Of a stretch of 64,000 nucleotides of DNA, positions 47,622 through 57,215 are shown in pieces. The first letter of the stretch is position 1. Each line of letters opens with the position of its first letter. Location: assembly GCA_039808465.1 (NCBI GenBank), contig JBDHTA010000001.1, positions 1,578 through 65,577 on the forward strand, in the 5' to 3' direction. Under the pieces are notes generated by a model. It had not been told where the DNA came from. It did not search any database and saw only the letters and a program-made list of their open reading frames with translations. Origin of the DNA: Rhizobiaceae bacterium (lineage in GTDB: Bacteria > Pseudomonadota > Alphaproteobacteria > Rhizobiales > Rhizobiaceae). Made by a program: the position numbers and the translations under genes.

Positions 47622-48421
47622 CGATGCGAAAGACCCTGTGGGATCACGTCTTCACGGTCATCGTGACGCTGATCTACATCTTCCTGATGGCGCCGATCCT
47701 GCTGGTCGTGCTGCTGTCGTTTTCGGGCGGCGAATTCCTGGCGCTGCCGATGCAGGGCGTGTCGCTGCGCTGGTTCGGGGCGCTGTTCACCAACAGCCGC
47801 TTCTACGATGCCGCCGCCTATTCCTTCGGGCTGGCGCTGGTCTCGGCGCTGGTGAACGGGGTGATCGGCACGCTGGCGGCGATCTATGCCGTCCGCTTCG
47901 CGCCCGCCCGCTTCGCCAACAGCCTGCGCGTGCTGATGAGCGCGCCGCTGATGGTGCCGGAAATCCTCACCGCCATCGCGCTGCTGTTCTTCTTCTTCGA
48001 GATCGGCATCGGCAACCGTTGGTCGGTGGCGATCCAGATCGGCCATATCCTCGTCACCTTCCCCTATGTCTTCCTGAACGTCGCCTCGGCGCTGTTCAAT
48101 TTCGACCGCTCGCAGGAGGAGGCGGCGCGCTCGCTCGGCGCCGATGGCTGGCTGACCTTCCGGCGCATCACCCTGCCCTCGATCAAACCGGGGGTGATCA
48201 CCGGCTGCCTCTTCGCCTTCGTGATCTCCTTCGACATCTTCAACATCTCGCTGCTGCTGAAATCCGTGGGCAGCAACACCCTGCCGCTGGAACTGTTCGA
48301 TTACCTGCGCTTCAACTTCGACCCGACCGCCGCCGCCGTCGCCACCGTCAGCATCGTGATCTCCTTTGCCGCCGTGCTCATCGTCGACCGCACCGTCGGC
48401 CTGCGCTCGCTGCGCTTCTAA
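47618..48421 (+). CDS. ABC transporter permease (PotC-like)
   Basis: EAA loop QEEAARSLGADGWLTFRRITLPS, 6 TM segments. Confidence 0.88.
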   Translation: MTMRKTLWDHVFTVIVTLIYIFLMAPILLVVLLSFSGGEFLALPMQGVSLRWFGALFTNSRFYDAAAYSFGLALVSALVNGVIGTLAAIYAVRFAPARFANSLRVLMSAPLMVPEILTAIALLFFFFEIGIGNRWSVAIQIGHILVTFPYVFLNVASALFNFDRSQEEAARSLGADGWLTFRRITLPSIKPGVITGCLFAFVISFDIFNISLLLKSVGSNTLPLELFDYLRFNFDPTAAAVATVSIVISFAAVLIVDRTVGLRSLRF

Positions 48422-48462
48422 CAGCGCGCCGCGAGCGTTCAGACCCGCTCCCCGCGCCTGTC

Positions 48463-49248
48463 CTATTCCGCGACCTCGACTTTCGGCAGGGTGGCGGCGA
48501 TGTCGTCGAAAACGGGGTTTTCCCGGGCCCGGGCGTCGGTGATCAGAATGTCGATGCCGCTCGGCGGGCAGAACACCGAGCGCGCGGGCGCGCCGATCTT
48601 CGAATGATCGGCAAGGATCATGGTCTGGCCCGCATTGCGCACCATGGCCCGCGCGATCTCCGCGCCGTAGACGTAGAAATCCGACGCCCCGCGCTTGGCG
48701 TCGACGCCCCAGGGAACCACCATGGCGAAATCGGCCTGATACCGGTGGATCTCGTTGACCGCCACCTCGCCGATGGTTTCGCAGGGTTCCTGCTTGAACG
48801 CGCCGCCCACCATGATCACCTGAAAACGGCGCGACGGCTCGCCGTCCGATTCCGTCAGGTTGCGGGCGACGTCGAAGGAGTTGGTGATCACCGTCAGGTC
48901 GCTCAGCCCGCTATGGCCCGCGATCGTCTCGGACATGACTGAGGTGGTGGAGCCCGCATCCATGAAAATCGTCATGCCGCTGCGCAGGAATTGCAGCGCG
49001 GTCGCGGCGATCGCCCGCTTTTCCTGCAACCTCTGCGTATGGCGGACCTGAAAGCTGAAGCTTTCGCGCGCGATCGCCACCGCCCCGCCCCGCACCCGGC
49101 GCAACTCGCCAGCCTGCTCCATCTCGACGAGGTCGCGGCGGATCGTTTCACGCGCCACGCCGAAATTCTGGGAAATCCGGTCCGTCGAAACCTGTCCGAA
49201 GGCCACCAACAGGTCGCGGATCTTTTGCTGCCGCTCTTCTTGCCACAT
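48463..49248 (-). CDS. DeoR-family transcriptional regulator
   Basis: HTH QQKIRDLLVAFGQVSTDRISQNFGVARETIRRDLVEMEQAGELRRVRGGA plus a DeoR C-terminal sensor domain. Confidence 0.88.
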   Translation of the reverse strand: MWQEERQQKIRDLLVAFGQVSTDRISQNFGVARETIRRDLVEMEQAGELRRVRGGAVAIARESFSFQVRHTQRLQEKRAIAATALQFLRSGMTIFMDAGSTTSVMSETIAGHSGLSDLTVITNSFDVARNLTESDGEPSRRFQVIMVGGAFKQEPCETIGEVAVNEIHRYQADFAMVVPWGVDAKRGASDFYVYGAEIARAMVRNAGQTMILADHSKIGAPARSVFCPPSGIDILITDARARENPVFDDIAATLPKVEVAE

Positions 49249-49477
49249 CTCGCGTTCCAGTTTTCGTTTTCAAAATCAATAGCGAAGAAATCTTCTTTTG
49301 CCATCGCGGGCGGAGAAACTCCACAAATTTGCACATTCTGCACATGCACAAATTGACACATATCGCTTATAATGCAACAATACAGGGCATAAGCGCTCAT
49401 ATCGCTAATTTTCGCACACCCGACGGCGAGGGAAGGCCGGGGATGTGCCCGCAGGATCGACACCCGGGGAGACTTCA

Positions 49478-50278
49478 ATGACACTCAATACGCGTGTGCT
49501 GGACAGCCATATCGAACTGGCGGTCCAGCTTGCCGATACGTCGCGGCGGATGATCGAATCGCACAGGCGCGATCAGCTCGGCGTGACGCTGAAACCCGAC
49601 CGCAGCCTCGTGACGGCGATGGACATGGCGATCGAGAAGGAATTGCGGGCGATGATCAACGCCCGCTTCCCCGCGCACGGCATCATCGGCGAGGAGCAGG
49701 CATGGGAAAATCCGGACGCGGAATATGTCTGGGTTCTCGATCCGATCGACGGGACGGCGTCCTTCATCGCGGGCATGCCGGTATACGGCACGCTGATCGC
49801 GCTCGCCCATCGCGGCGTTCCGGTGCTCGGCATCATCGACATTCCGCCGGTCGACGCGCGCTGGATCGGCGTCGAGGGCAGGCCGACGCTGAAGAACGGC
49901 GCCCCGTGCCGCGTCAAGTCATGCGATGATCTTTCGCGGGCGATGATGTCGACCAGCAACCCGGATTTCTACGCCGACGGCGAGCGGCCCGCCCTCGACC
50001 TGCTGCGCGGGCGCACAAGCTGGCGCATCTATGGCGCGGCGGCGCTCGCCTACGGCCTGCTGACCGATGGCGGCACGGATGTCGCGCTCGACACCGGCCT
50101 GAAGGTCTACGACTACGCTCCGTTCCGCCCGGTCATCGAGGGCGCCGGCGGCATCATCACCGACTGGCACGGCAATCCGGTCACGCTCGAAACCGGGCCG
50201 CGCATTCTGGCGGCGGGCGATGCGACAAGGCATCGGGAAATCGTCGAGCTGCTCAACGGCCTGCATATTCCCGCCTGA
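49478..50278 (+). CDS. Inositol monophosphatase-family phosphatase (IMPase/HisN-like)
   Basis: Metal-binding motifs GEE and WVLDPIDGTASF, C-terminal WDYAP-like YDYAPFRPVIEGAGG. Start ATG 49478 (SD GGGGAG). Confidence 0.85.
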   Translation: MTLNTRVLDSHIELAVQLADTSRRMIESHRRDQLGVTLKPDRSLVTAMDMAIEKELRAMINARFPAHGIIGEEQAWENPDAEYVWVLDPIDGTASFIAGMPVYGTLIALAHRGVPVLGIIDIPPVDARWIGVEGRPTLKNGAPCRVKSCDDLSRAMMSTSNPDFYADGERPALDLLRGRTSWRIYGAAALAYGLLTDGGTDVALDTGLKVYDYAPFRPVIEGAGGIITDWHGNPVTLETGPRILAAGDATRHREIVELLNGLHIPA

Positions 50279-50305
50279 GACGGCGCAACCGAACGGAGAG
50301 GAACA

Positions 50306-51370
50306 ATGGGGATCAATATCAAGAACCTCTATGTCAATTACGGAGGACTGGACGTCATCGCCGATCTGAGCTTGACGATTCCGGAAGGATGCTTCTTCAC
50401 CCTGCTCGGGCCTTCGGGTTGCGGCAAGACCACGCTGCTGCGCACCATCGCGGGCTTCGTGCAGGCGTCGAAAGGCAATATCCACTTCCAGTCCCAGGAC
50501 GTGACCCGGCTGCCGCCGCACAAGCGCAACATCGGCATGGTGTTTCAGGATTACGCGCTGTTTCCCGACAAGACGGTGGCGGAAAACGTGGCCTACGGGT
50601 TGCGCGCCCGCGGCGAATCCGGCGACGCGATGATGAAGAAGGTCCGTCATGAGCTGGAGCATGTCGGGCTGGGGCATGTGATGGACCGGCATCCCGCCGC
50701 CCTTTCCGGCGGCCAGCGTCAGCGCGTGGCGCTCGCCCGCGCCCTCGTCATCAAGCCGCAGGTGCTGCTGATGGACGAGCCGCTGTCGAACCTCGACGCC
50801 AAGCTGCGCATCCAGATCCGCGAGACCATCACCGACCTGCAACGCGAGGCGAACATCACCACCGTCTTCGTCACGCATGATCAGGAGGAAGCCCTGTCCA
50901 TGTCCGACCAGATCGGCGTGATGAACAAGGGCAAGGTCGAGCAGCTCGGCACGCCGAAGGAAATCTACGCGACGCCGCGCACCTCCTACGTCGCCGATTT
51001 CGTCGGCGCGGCCAACCGCCTGAATGTCAGGCTGGCCGACGCCAATGCCGACGGCACGGCCCGCATCCAGCTGGGCGGCGCCTCGATCCTGGCGCGCAAC
51101 ACCCTGCCTTCGGCGGTTCAGGAAGGCATCCTCATCATGCGCCCCGAGGATCTGCGGCTGCGCCCGCAGGCGGCGGCCGATGGGCAGGGCCTGCAAGGGC
51201 GCATCGTCAAGCGCCAGTATCTGGGCGGCAAGACGAGCTACAAGCTGGCGCTCGACGGCGATATCGTGATCAGCGTCGAATCCCACGGCGACAATCACGA
51301 CGGTTTCGAGATCGGAACCGATGTCAGCGCCACCATCGATCCCTCCAAGGCCATGGTGATCGCGTCATGA
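50306..51370 (+). CDS. ABC transporter ATP-binding protein (FbpC/PotA-like)
   Basis: [44 protein letters not shown]. Confidence 0.9.
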   Translation: MGINIKNLYVNYGGLDVIADLSLTIPEGCFFTLLGPSGCGKTTLLRTIAGFVQASKGNIHFQSQDVTRLPPHKRNIGMVFQDYALFPDKTVAENVAYGLRARGESGDAMMKKVRHELEHVGLGHVMDRHPAALSGGQRQRVALARALVIKPQVLLMDEPLSNLDAKLRIQIRETITDLQREANITTVFVTHDQEEALSMSDQIGVMNKGKVEQLGTPKEIYATPRTSYVADFVGAANRLNVRLADANADGTARIQLGGASILARNTLPSAVQEGILIMRPEDLRLRPQAAADGQGLQGRIVKRQYLGGKTSYKLALDGDIVISVESHGDNHDGFEIGTDVSATIDPSKAMVIAS

Positions 51371-53013
51371 TGATCAAGGCTTCCGATCTTCGCGCGCCCT
51401 GGCTGTGGCTTTCGCTCGCAGCCTTGGCCGTCCTCCTCGTCTTCATCGTCTATCCGGTGGTGAACATCCTGACCGCCAGCGTCTTCGGCGGCGGCGAAAA
51501 CGGCTGGAGCCGGTTGCTGAACGATCCCCGCGGTCTTTCCGCCATCCTCAACACGCTGATCCTCGCCACCATCGTCACCATCACCTGCGTCCTGATCGGC
51601 GTGCCGCTGGCCTATGTCACGGCCCGCTACCGCTTTTTCGGCAAGTCGATCATCGCGCTGCTGCCGCTGATCACGCTGGTCATTCCCGAGGTGATCTCGG
51701 CCCAGACCTGGCTGATGGCGCTCGGCAATAACGGCCTGATCACCCGCTTCTTCCGCGATTTCGGCATCCAGCTTCCGACCTTCTACGGCTGGTTCGGCCT
51801 CGTCACGGTGATGACCTTCGTGTATTACACCTATGTCTATATCGGCACCGTCGCCTCGATCAGCGGTTTCGACGCGACGCTGGAGGAAGCCGCCCAGAGT
51901 CTCGGCACATCGCCGGCGCTCTCGCGCATCAAGGTCATGCTGCCGGTGATCCTGCCCTCGATCCTCGCCAGCGCCCTGCTGGTCTTCACCATGGTCGTCG
52001 GCAATTTCGCGATCTCGATGATCCTGTCGAACCGGCTGCCGCTGCTGTCGGTCGTCACCTATCAGGCGGCGGTCTCGGAAGGGGGCGCGGCGCCCGTCAT
52101 GCAAAGCACCTATGCGACGGTTTCCGTGGTGATGGTGATGCTGATCCTGTTCTTCAACCGCTGGATCATTTCCCGCGGGCGCTTCGAGATCGTGCAGGGC
52201 CGCGGCGCCAAGCCGGTCTCCATCACCGGCTGGAGGGGCGCGATCATCGGCCTGCTCGCAAGCCTGATCGTCATCATCTCCCTCGTGCCGCTGGCGGTCA
52301 TCGCGGTCGGCGCCTTCACGGTGTCGCGCGGTCCCGTCATGCAATGGGGCAACTGGACGCTGGCCAACATGGAGCGCGTCTTCATCAACGCGCCGCAGCC
52401 GCTGGTCAATTCGCTGATCTATGCCGGGGTGGCGACGCTGATCGGCATCTGCTTCAGCGCCCTCGTCAGCTATCTCATCATCAAGAAGCGCAACGCCGTC
52501 ACGCCCTGGCTCGACTATATCTCGTCGATCCCGCTGGCGCTGTCGGGCACCGTGCTCGGCATCGGCCTGGTGGTGTCGTTCAACGCCGGGTGGCTGCCGC
52601 TGACAGGCACGGCGACGATCATGGTTCTCGCCCTGCTCGTGCGCCGCCTGCCCTTCGGCATGCGCAGCTCGCAGGCGACGCTGCACAACATCCCCAACTC
52701 CATCGAGGAAGCCTCCATCAGCCTCGGCTCGCCGCCGCTGCGGACCTTCTTCAAGGTGGTGCTGCCGATGATGGGCCCGGCCATCGCCTCCGCCGCCATC
52801 CTGACATGGACGACCAGCGTTTCCGAACTCAGCGCCTCGATCCTCGTCTATTCGGGCGGGCGGGAAACGCTGACGATCCAGGTCTTCCGCCTGATCGGCA
52901 GCAACCTGATGGCCTATGCCTCGGCCTACGGCCTCGTCCTCATCGCCGTGATCATCATCCCGATCGTCGTCGCCACCAAGGTCTTCAAGGTCGATGTGTT
53001 CGCGTCGAAATGA
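51367..53013 (+). CDS. Fused two-domain ABC permease (FbpB/AfuB/ThiP-like)
   Basis: 548 aa with two EAA loops (LEEAAQSLGTSPALSRIKVMLPV and IEEASISLGSPPLRTFFKVVLPM). ATGA overlap at 51367-51370. Confidence 0.88.
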   Translation: MMIKASDLRAPWLWLSLAALAVLLVFIVYPVVNILTASVFGGGENGWSRLLNDPRGLSAILNTLILATIVTITCVLIGVPLAYVTARYRFFGKSIIALLPLITLVIPEVISAQTWLMALGNNGLITRFFRDFGIQLPTFYGWFGLVTVMTFVYYTYVYIGTVASISGFDATLEEAAQSLGTSPALSRIKVMLPVILPSILASALLVFTMVVGNFAISMILSNRLPLLSVVTYQAAVSEGGAAPVMQSTYATVSVVMVMLILFFNRWIISRGRFEIVQGRGAKPVSITGWRGAIIGLLASLIVIISLVPLAVIAVGAFTVSRGPVMQWGNWTLANMERVFINAPQPLVNSLIYAGVATLIGICFSALVSYLIIKKRNAVTPWLDYISSIPLALSGTVLGIGLVVSFNAGWLPLTGTATIMVLALLVRRLPFGMRSSQATLHNIPNSIEEASISLGSPPLRTFFKVVLPMMGPAIASAAILTWTTSVSELSASILVYSGGRETLTIQVFRLIGSNLMAYASAYGLVLIAVIIIPIVVATKVFKVDVFASK

Positions 53014-53065
53014 AACCCCGTCAAGTCAAGCAAGCCCAGTCAAGCAAGCAAAGAGAGGAACTGAA

Positions 53066-54049
53066 ATGAAAATTCAAGGTCTTATCACGGCGGCCCTTCT
53101 CGCGGCCGCCCCGGTTTCCGGCGCATGGGCGCAGGCCGTGACGCTCTACTCGTCGAACCCGGAACAGGCCATCGAGGCCGTCGCGGGCACGCTGAAGGAA
53201 AAGGCGCCCGAGATCCAGCTCAACTCGATCACCGGCGGCAGCGGCGTGCTGCTGCGCCGTCTGGAAGCGGAAGCCGCCAATGTGCAGGGCGATATCTTCT
53301 GGAGTTCCAGCTTCAACACCGTCGGCGCCTTCGAAGCCCAGTTCCAGCCCTATGAATCGCCGGAGCTTGCCGCCATTCCGGAAAAGCTGCGCTATCCCGG
53401 CAATCTCTTCACGCCCTCGAACGTCCATGTGGTCGTGATCATGGTCAACACCAACCAGCTCGGCGACCTGCCGATGCCGAAGACGTGGACCGACCTTCTC
53501 GATCCCAGATGGAAGGGCAAGGTCGTCGTCGCCGATCCCGCCAACAGCTCGACCGGCTACACGATCCTGTGGGGCCTGCACAAGAAGATCGGCGACGAGG
53601 AGCTGAAGAAGCTCGCCGCCAACGTCGCGGTCAGCTCCTCCTCGTCGGCGGTGCAGAACGGCGTCGCCATGGGCGAATATGCCGTCGGCCTCGCCTTCGA
53701 AGCCAACGCCTATCCTTACGTGGATGGCGGCCAGGAAGAGATCAAGCTGGTCTATCCCGAGGACGGCACCTTCATCACCGCCGACTTCGCCGGTCTGGTG
53801 AAGGGCGCGCCGGGCGGCGACGCCGCCAAGAAGGCCTTCGACGTGCTGATGTCGAAGGAAACCCAGACGGCGCTGCTGGAAACCTCCTTCCGCCGTCCGA
53901 GCCGCAGCGACATCGAGGTCTCCAAGATCGTCAACCTGCCGGAAATGGCGGCGATCAAGGTCTACGACATCGACGAGAAGGAAGCCGCCGATCACCGGGA
54001 TGAATTCCTGAAGACCTGGCAATCCTTCGCCGCCGCAGGCGCCGACTAA
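53066..54049 (+). CDS. Periplasmic binding protein of Fe3+/AfuA/ThiB-type ABC transporter
   Basis: Signal peptide MKIQGLITAALLAAAPVSGAWA, then VTLYSS...GDIFWSS...VVVADPANSSTGY, typical of this SBP class. Start ATG 53066 (SD AGAGAGGA). Confidence 0.85.
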   Translation: MKIQGLITAALLAAAPVSGAWAQAVTLYSSNPEQAIEAVAGTLKEKAPEIQLNSITGGSGVLLRRLEAEAANVQGDIFWSSSFNTVGAFEAQFQPYESPELAAIPEKLRYPGNLFTPSNVHVVVIMVNTNQLGDLPMPKTWTDLLDPRWKGKVVVADPANSSTGYTILWGLHKKIGDEELKKLAANVAVSSSSSAVQNGVAMGEYAVGLAFEANAYPYVDGGQEEIKLVYPEDGTFITADFAGLVKGAPGGDAAKKAFDVLMSKETQTALLETSFRRPSRSDIEVSKIVNLPEMAAIKVYDIDEKEAADHRDEFLKTWQSFAAAGAD

Positions 54050-54059
54050 GCCGAACAAA

Positions 54060-54097
54060 GGGGCCGGTCTTCGATCATCGCGGACCGGCCCTTTTTC
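54060..54097 (+). terminator. Rho-independent terminator
   Basis: GGGCCGGTC-ttcgatcatcgcg-GACCGGCCC followed by TTTTTC, 11 nt after the SBP stop. Confidence 0.85.
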
Positions 54098-54271
54098 ATG
54101 CGCCGCGCAGCCCGGCCCGCTGGCGCAGGCCGCCGCGCCTGTTCCCGGGCGGCGCGGCCCGAAAAAAACGCAGGAGGCGAGATCGACAACCGCGCCCACC
54201 TATGAAAACGTGTATATGAAGACGACAGGCGCGGCCCGCGACAGGGCCGCCGAGGGGGGACCGGGAAGACG

Positions 54272-57073
54272 ATGACGACCGTGACGACGGATACAACCGA
54301 AATATCGCTGGATAGCTGCCGCAGCATCTGGGAGCTTCGCTCCGATAGCTGGATCCTGCTGGTCGACGATCTGGGGCGGCTTGCGGCCATCGCCGCCGAC
54401 CATGCGGATTACGGGACCATCTTCAAGCGCGTCATGCGCACGCTGCGCTCATTGTCTCCGATCGAAACCTATTGGGCGTTTCCGGGCGCGCGCGCCTTCG
54501 CGGAGCTGAAAGGGATGATCGAGCGGCGGGAGCTGGTCCGCGCCCATCTCGTCTCGCGCCGCATCCACAAGATGCTGGCGGGCCAGACCTATCGCCACGA
54601 AAGCATTTCGCTGGAAACCGACGGCGAGCTTCCCTCGCAGATCGAGACCGACGAGGAGCGGCAGGCCCAGCTTTCCCGGCCCTATTTCGAGGTGCTGATC
54701 GTCGACGAGATGACGGCTTCCGAGCAGGACGCGCTGCGCCGCCGCGTGCAGCGCAAGCGCAGCGTCGACGACGATTTCGTCTTCGACATCGTCATCGTGC
54801 CGAGCTTCGAGGACGCGCTGATCGCGACGCTCGTCAACTTCAACCTTCAGGCGGTGGTCATCCGCTACGGATTTCCGTTCCGCTCGCAGAACCATCACCT
54901 GACGGCGCTGCGCCGCATTCTCGACGGGCTTGACGAGGGCATCGAGGCGATTCCCGAATCCGAGCGCGGCCCGCTGCTCGGGCGCCAGATCGCGCAACTG
55001 CGCCCCGAACTCGATCTCTACCTCGTCACCGACGTCAATGTCGAAGACATCGCCGCGCGCATGGGCGAGACCTTCCGCCGGGTGTTCTTCCGCGAGGAGG
55101 ACCATGCCGATCTCTACCGCTCGATCATGCGCGGGGTGGCGCTGCGCCACCGCACGCCCTTCTTCAACGCCCTGCGCGACTACGCCAAGCAGCCGACGGG
55201 CGTGTTCCACGCCCTGCCGCTTGCGCGCGGCAAGTCGATCATGAATTCGAACTGGATCGGCGACCTCGCGCAGTTCTACGGCATGAACCTGTTCATGGCC
55301 GAGACCTCGGCGACCTCCGGCGGGCTGGATTCGCTGCTCGATCCGGTCGGGCCGCTGAAGCTGGCGCAGGAATATGCCGCCCGCGCCTTCGGGGCCAAGC
55401 GCACCTTCTTCGCCACCAACGGCACCTCGACGGCCAACAAGGTGGTGGTGCAGGCGCTGGTGCGGCCCGGCGACGTGGTGCTGGTCGACCGCAACTGCCA
55501 CAAGTCGCATCATTACGGGCTGGTGCTGGCGGGCGCGCAGGTCGCCTATCTCGATTCCTATCCGCTCGACGATTTCTCCATGTATGGCGCGGTGCCGCTG
55601 CGCCACCTCAAGCAGACGCTGCTTGCCTACAAGCATGCGGGCACGCTGGACCGCGTGCGGCTTGTGCTGCTGACCAACTGCACCTTCGACGGCATCGTCT
55701 ACGATGTCGAGCGGGTGATGATGGAATGTCTGGCGATCGCCCCGCATCTGGTCTTCCTCTGGGACGAGGCCTGGTTCGCCTTTGCCTATTGCCATCCGAT
55801 CTACCGCCAGCGCACCGCCATGGGCAGCGCCGCCCGGCTTGCGGCGACCTTGCAGGATCCCGATTACGAAAAGCGCTACAAGGCCTTCGCCGCCACCTTC
55901 ACCGAGGAGGACTGGCAGGATGACGAGCGCGTTCTCAACACCCGGCTGCTGCCGGATCCGGCCAAGGCCCGGGTGCGCGTCTACGCCACCCATTCCACCC
56001 ACAAGACGCTGACGGCGCTGCGTCAGGGCTCGATGATCCATGTCTGGGATCAGGATTTCAAGGACAAGACCGAGGAGGCTTTCCACGAAGCCTACATGAC
56101 GCATACCTCGACCTCGCCCAACTACCAGATCCTCGCCTCCCTCGATGTCGGCCGCCGCCAGGTGGAGCTGGAAGGCTACGAGCTGGTGCAGCGGCAACTG
56201 GAGCTGGCCATGAGCCTGCGCGAGCAGGTCTACCGGCATCCGCTCCTGCGCAAATATTTCCGCTTCCTCGGCGTCGCCGACCTGGTTCCCCCGGAATATC
56301 GCGAAACGAACGTCGAATCCTATTTCGACGAGAAGAACGGCTGGAGCAATTTCGAGACCGCCTGGCGCACCGACGAATTCGCCCTCGACCCGACCCGCGC
56401 CACGCTGGAAATCGGCGCCGCCGGTCTGGATGGCGATACGTTCAAGAACCGGCACCTGATGGATAAATACAATATCCAGATCAACAAGACCTCGCGCAAC
56501 ACCGTGCTGTTCATGACCAATATCGGCAGCACCCGCTCCGGCGTCGCCCATCTCATCGAGGTGCTGGTCAAGATCGCCCGCGATATCGACGACCGGGTTC
56601 GCGACCTCTCCACCATCGAGCGCCGCATCCATGACAAGCGCGTGCGCTCGCTGACCCTCGAACAGCCGCCGCTGCCGGATTTCTCGGATTTCCACCCGGC
56701 CTTCCGCGCCACCGCGCCCGCCAGCAACATGGCGACCCGCGACGGCGACATGCGCTCGGCCTTCTTCCTGTCCTATGACGACGCCAGTTGCGAATATGCC
56801 AGCATCGACGACGCCGAAAGCGCCATCGCCGCGGGCCGCGAGCTGGTCTCGGCCCTGTTCGTCATCCCCTATCCGCCGGGCTTTCCCATCCTCGTGCCCG
56901 GACAGCTCATCAGCCCCGCCATCCTGCAATACCTGCGCGTCCTCGATGTCCGCGAGATCCACGGCTTCCGGCCCGAACTCGGCTTCCGGGTGTTCACGCA
57001 GGAAGCGCTTCAACGCGCGCACGGCAAGGCCCTTCCCAAAAAGGAAACGGCCGGGGAAGAAGCCGGGCCGTAA
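54272..57073 (+). CDS. Orn/Lys/Arg decarboxylase (fold-I PLP, LdcC/AdiA/SpeF family) with extended N-terminal region
   Basis: Major-domain motifs FHALPLARGKS, FFATNGTSTANKVV, LTNCTFDG and the PLP-lysine motif ATHSTHKTL. A receiver-like 'wing' segment (YFEVLIVDEMT...IVIVPSFEDAL) is preceded by about 140 further residues. Total length 933 aa. Confidence 0.88.
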   Translation: MTTVTTDTTEISLDSCRSIWELRSDSWILLVDDLGRLAAIAADHADYGTIFKRVMRTLRSLSPIETYWAFPGARAFAELKGMIERRELVRAHLVSRRIHKMLAGQTYRHESISLETDGELPSQIETDEERQAQLSRPYFEVLIVDEMTASEQDALRRRVQRKRSVDDDFVFDIVIVPSFEDALIATLVNFNLQAVVIRYGFPFRSQNHHLTALRRILDGLDEGIEAIPESERGPLLGRQIAQLRPELDLYLVTDVNVEDIAARMGETFRRVFFREEDHADLYRSIMRGVALRHRTPFFNALRDYAKQPTGVFHALPLARGKSIMNSNWIGDLAQFYGMNLFMAETSATSGGLDSLLDPVGPLKLAQEYAARAFGAKRTFFATNGTSTANKVVVQALVRPGDVVLVDRNCHKSHHYGLVLAGAQVAYLDSYPLDDFSMYGAVPLRHLKQTLLAYKHAGTLDRVRLVLLTNCTFDGIVYDVERVMMECLAIAPHLVFLWDEAWFAFAYCHPIYRQRTAMGSAARLAATLQDPDYEKRYKAFAATFTEEDWQDDERVLNTRLLPDPAKARVRVYATHSTHKTLTALRQGSMIHVWDQDFKDKTEEAFHEAYMTHTSTSPNYQILASLDVGRRQVELEGYELVQRQLELAMSLREQVYRHPLLRKYFRFLGVADLVPPEYRETNVESYFDEKNGWSNFETAWRTDEFALDPTRATLEIGAAGLDGDTFKNRHLMDKYNIQINKTSRNTVLFMTNIGSTRSGVAHLIEVLVKIARDIDDRVRDLSTIERRIHDKRVRSLTLEQPPLPDFSDFHPAFRATAPASNMATRDGDMRSAFFLSYDDASCEYASIDDAESAIAAGRELVSALFVIPYPPGFPILVPGQLISPAILQYLRVLDVREIHGFRPELGFRVFTQEALQRAHGKALPKKETAGEEAGP

Positions 57074-57215
57074 CCCGGCGGGGCGGGAAATCCGGCTACC
57101 TCGCGACAGCGATTGTGGATGCGCCATTCGCAAACAGCGCGCAGAACTGAAACGCCTCGCCGCGCATGCGGCGGGGGTCGGCAAGGCGTGAGCGGCGGGA
57201 CGCCCCGCCAGCCTG

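Noticed and set aside
49353-49373. Apparent perfect TTGACA ... TATAAT promoter
   Set aside because: The two hexamers are only 9 nt apart, which is incompatible with sigma-70 spacing. A weaker -35 (TGCACA) at 17-nt spacing is the more plausible partner for the TATAAT box.
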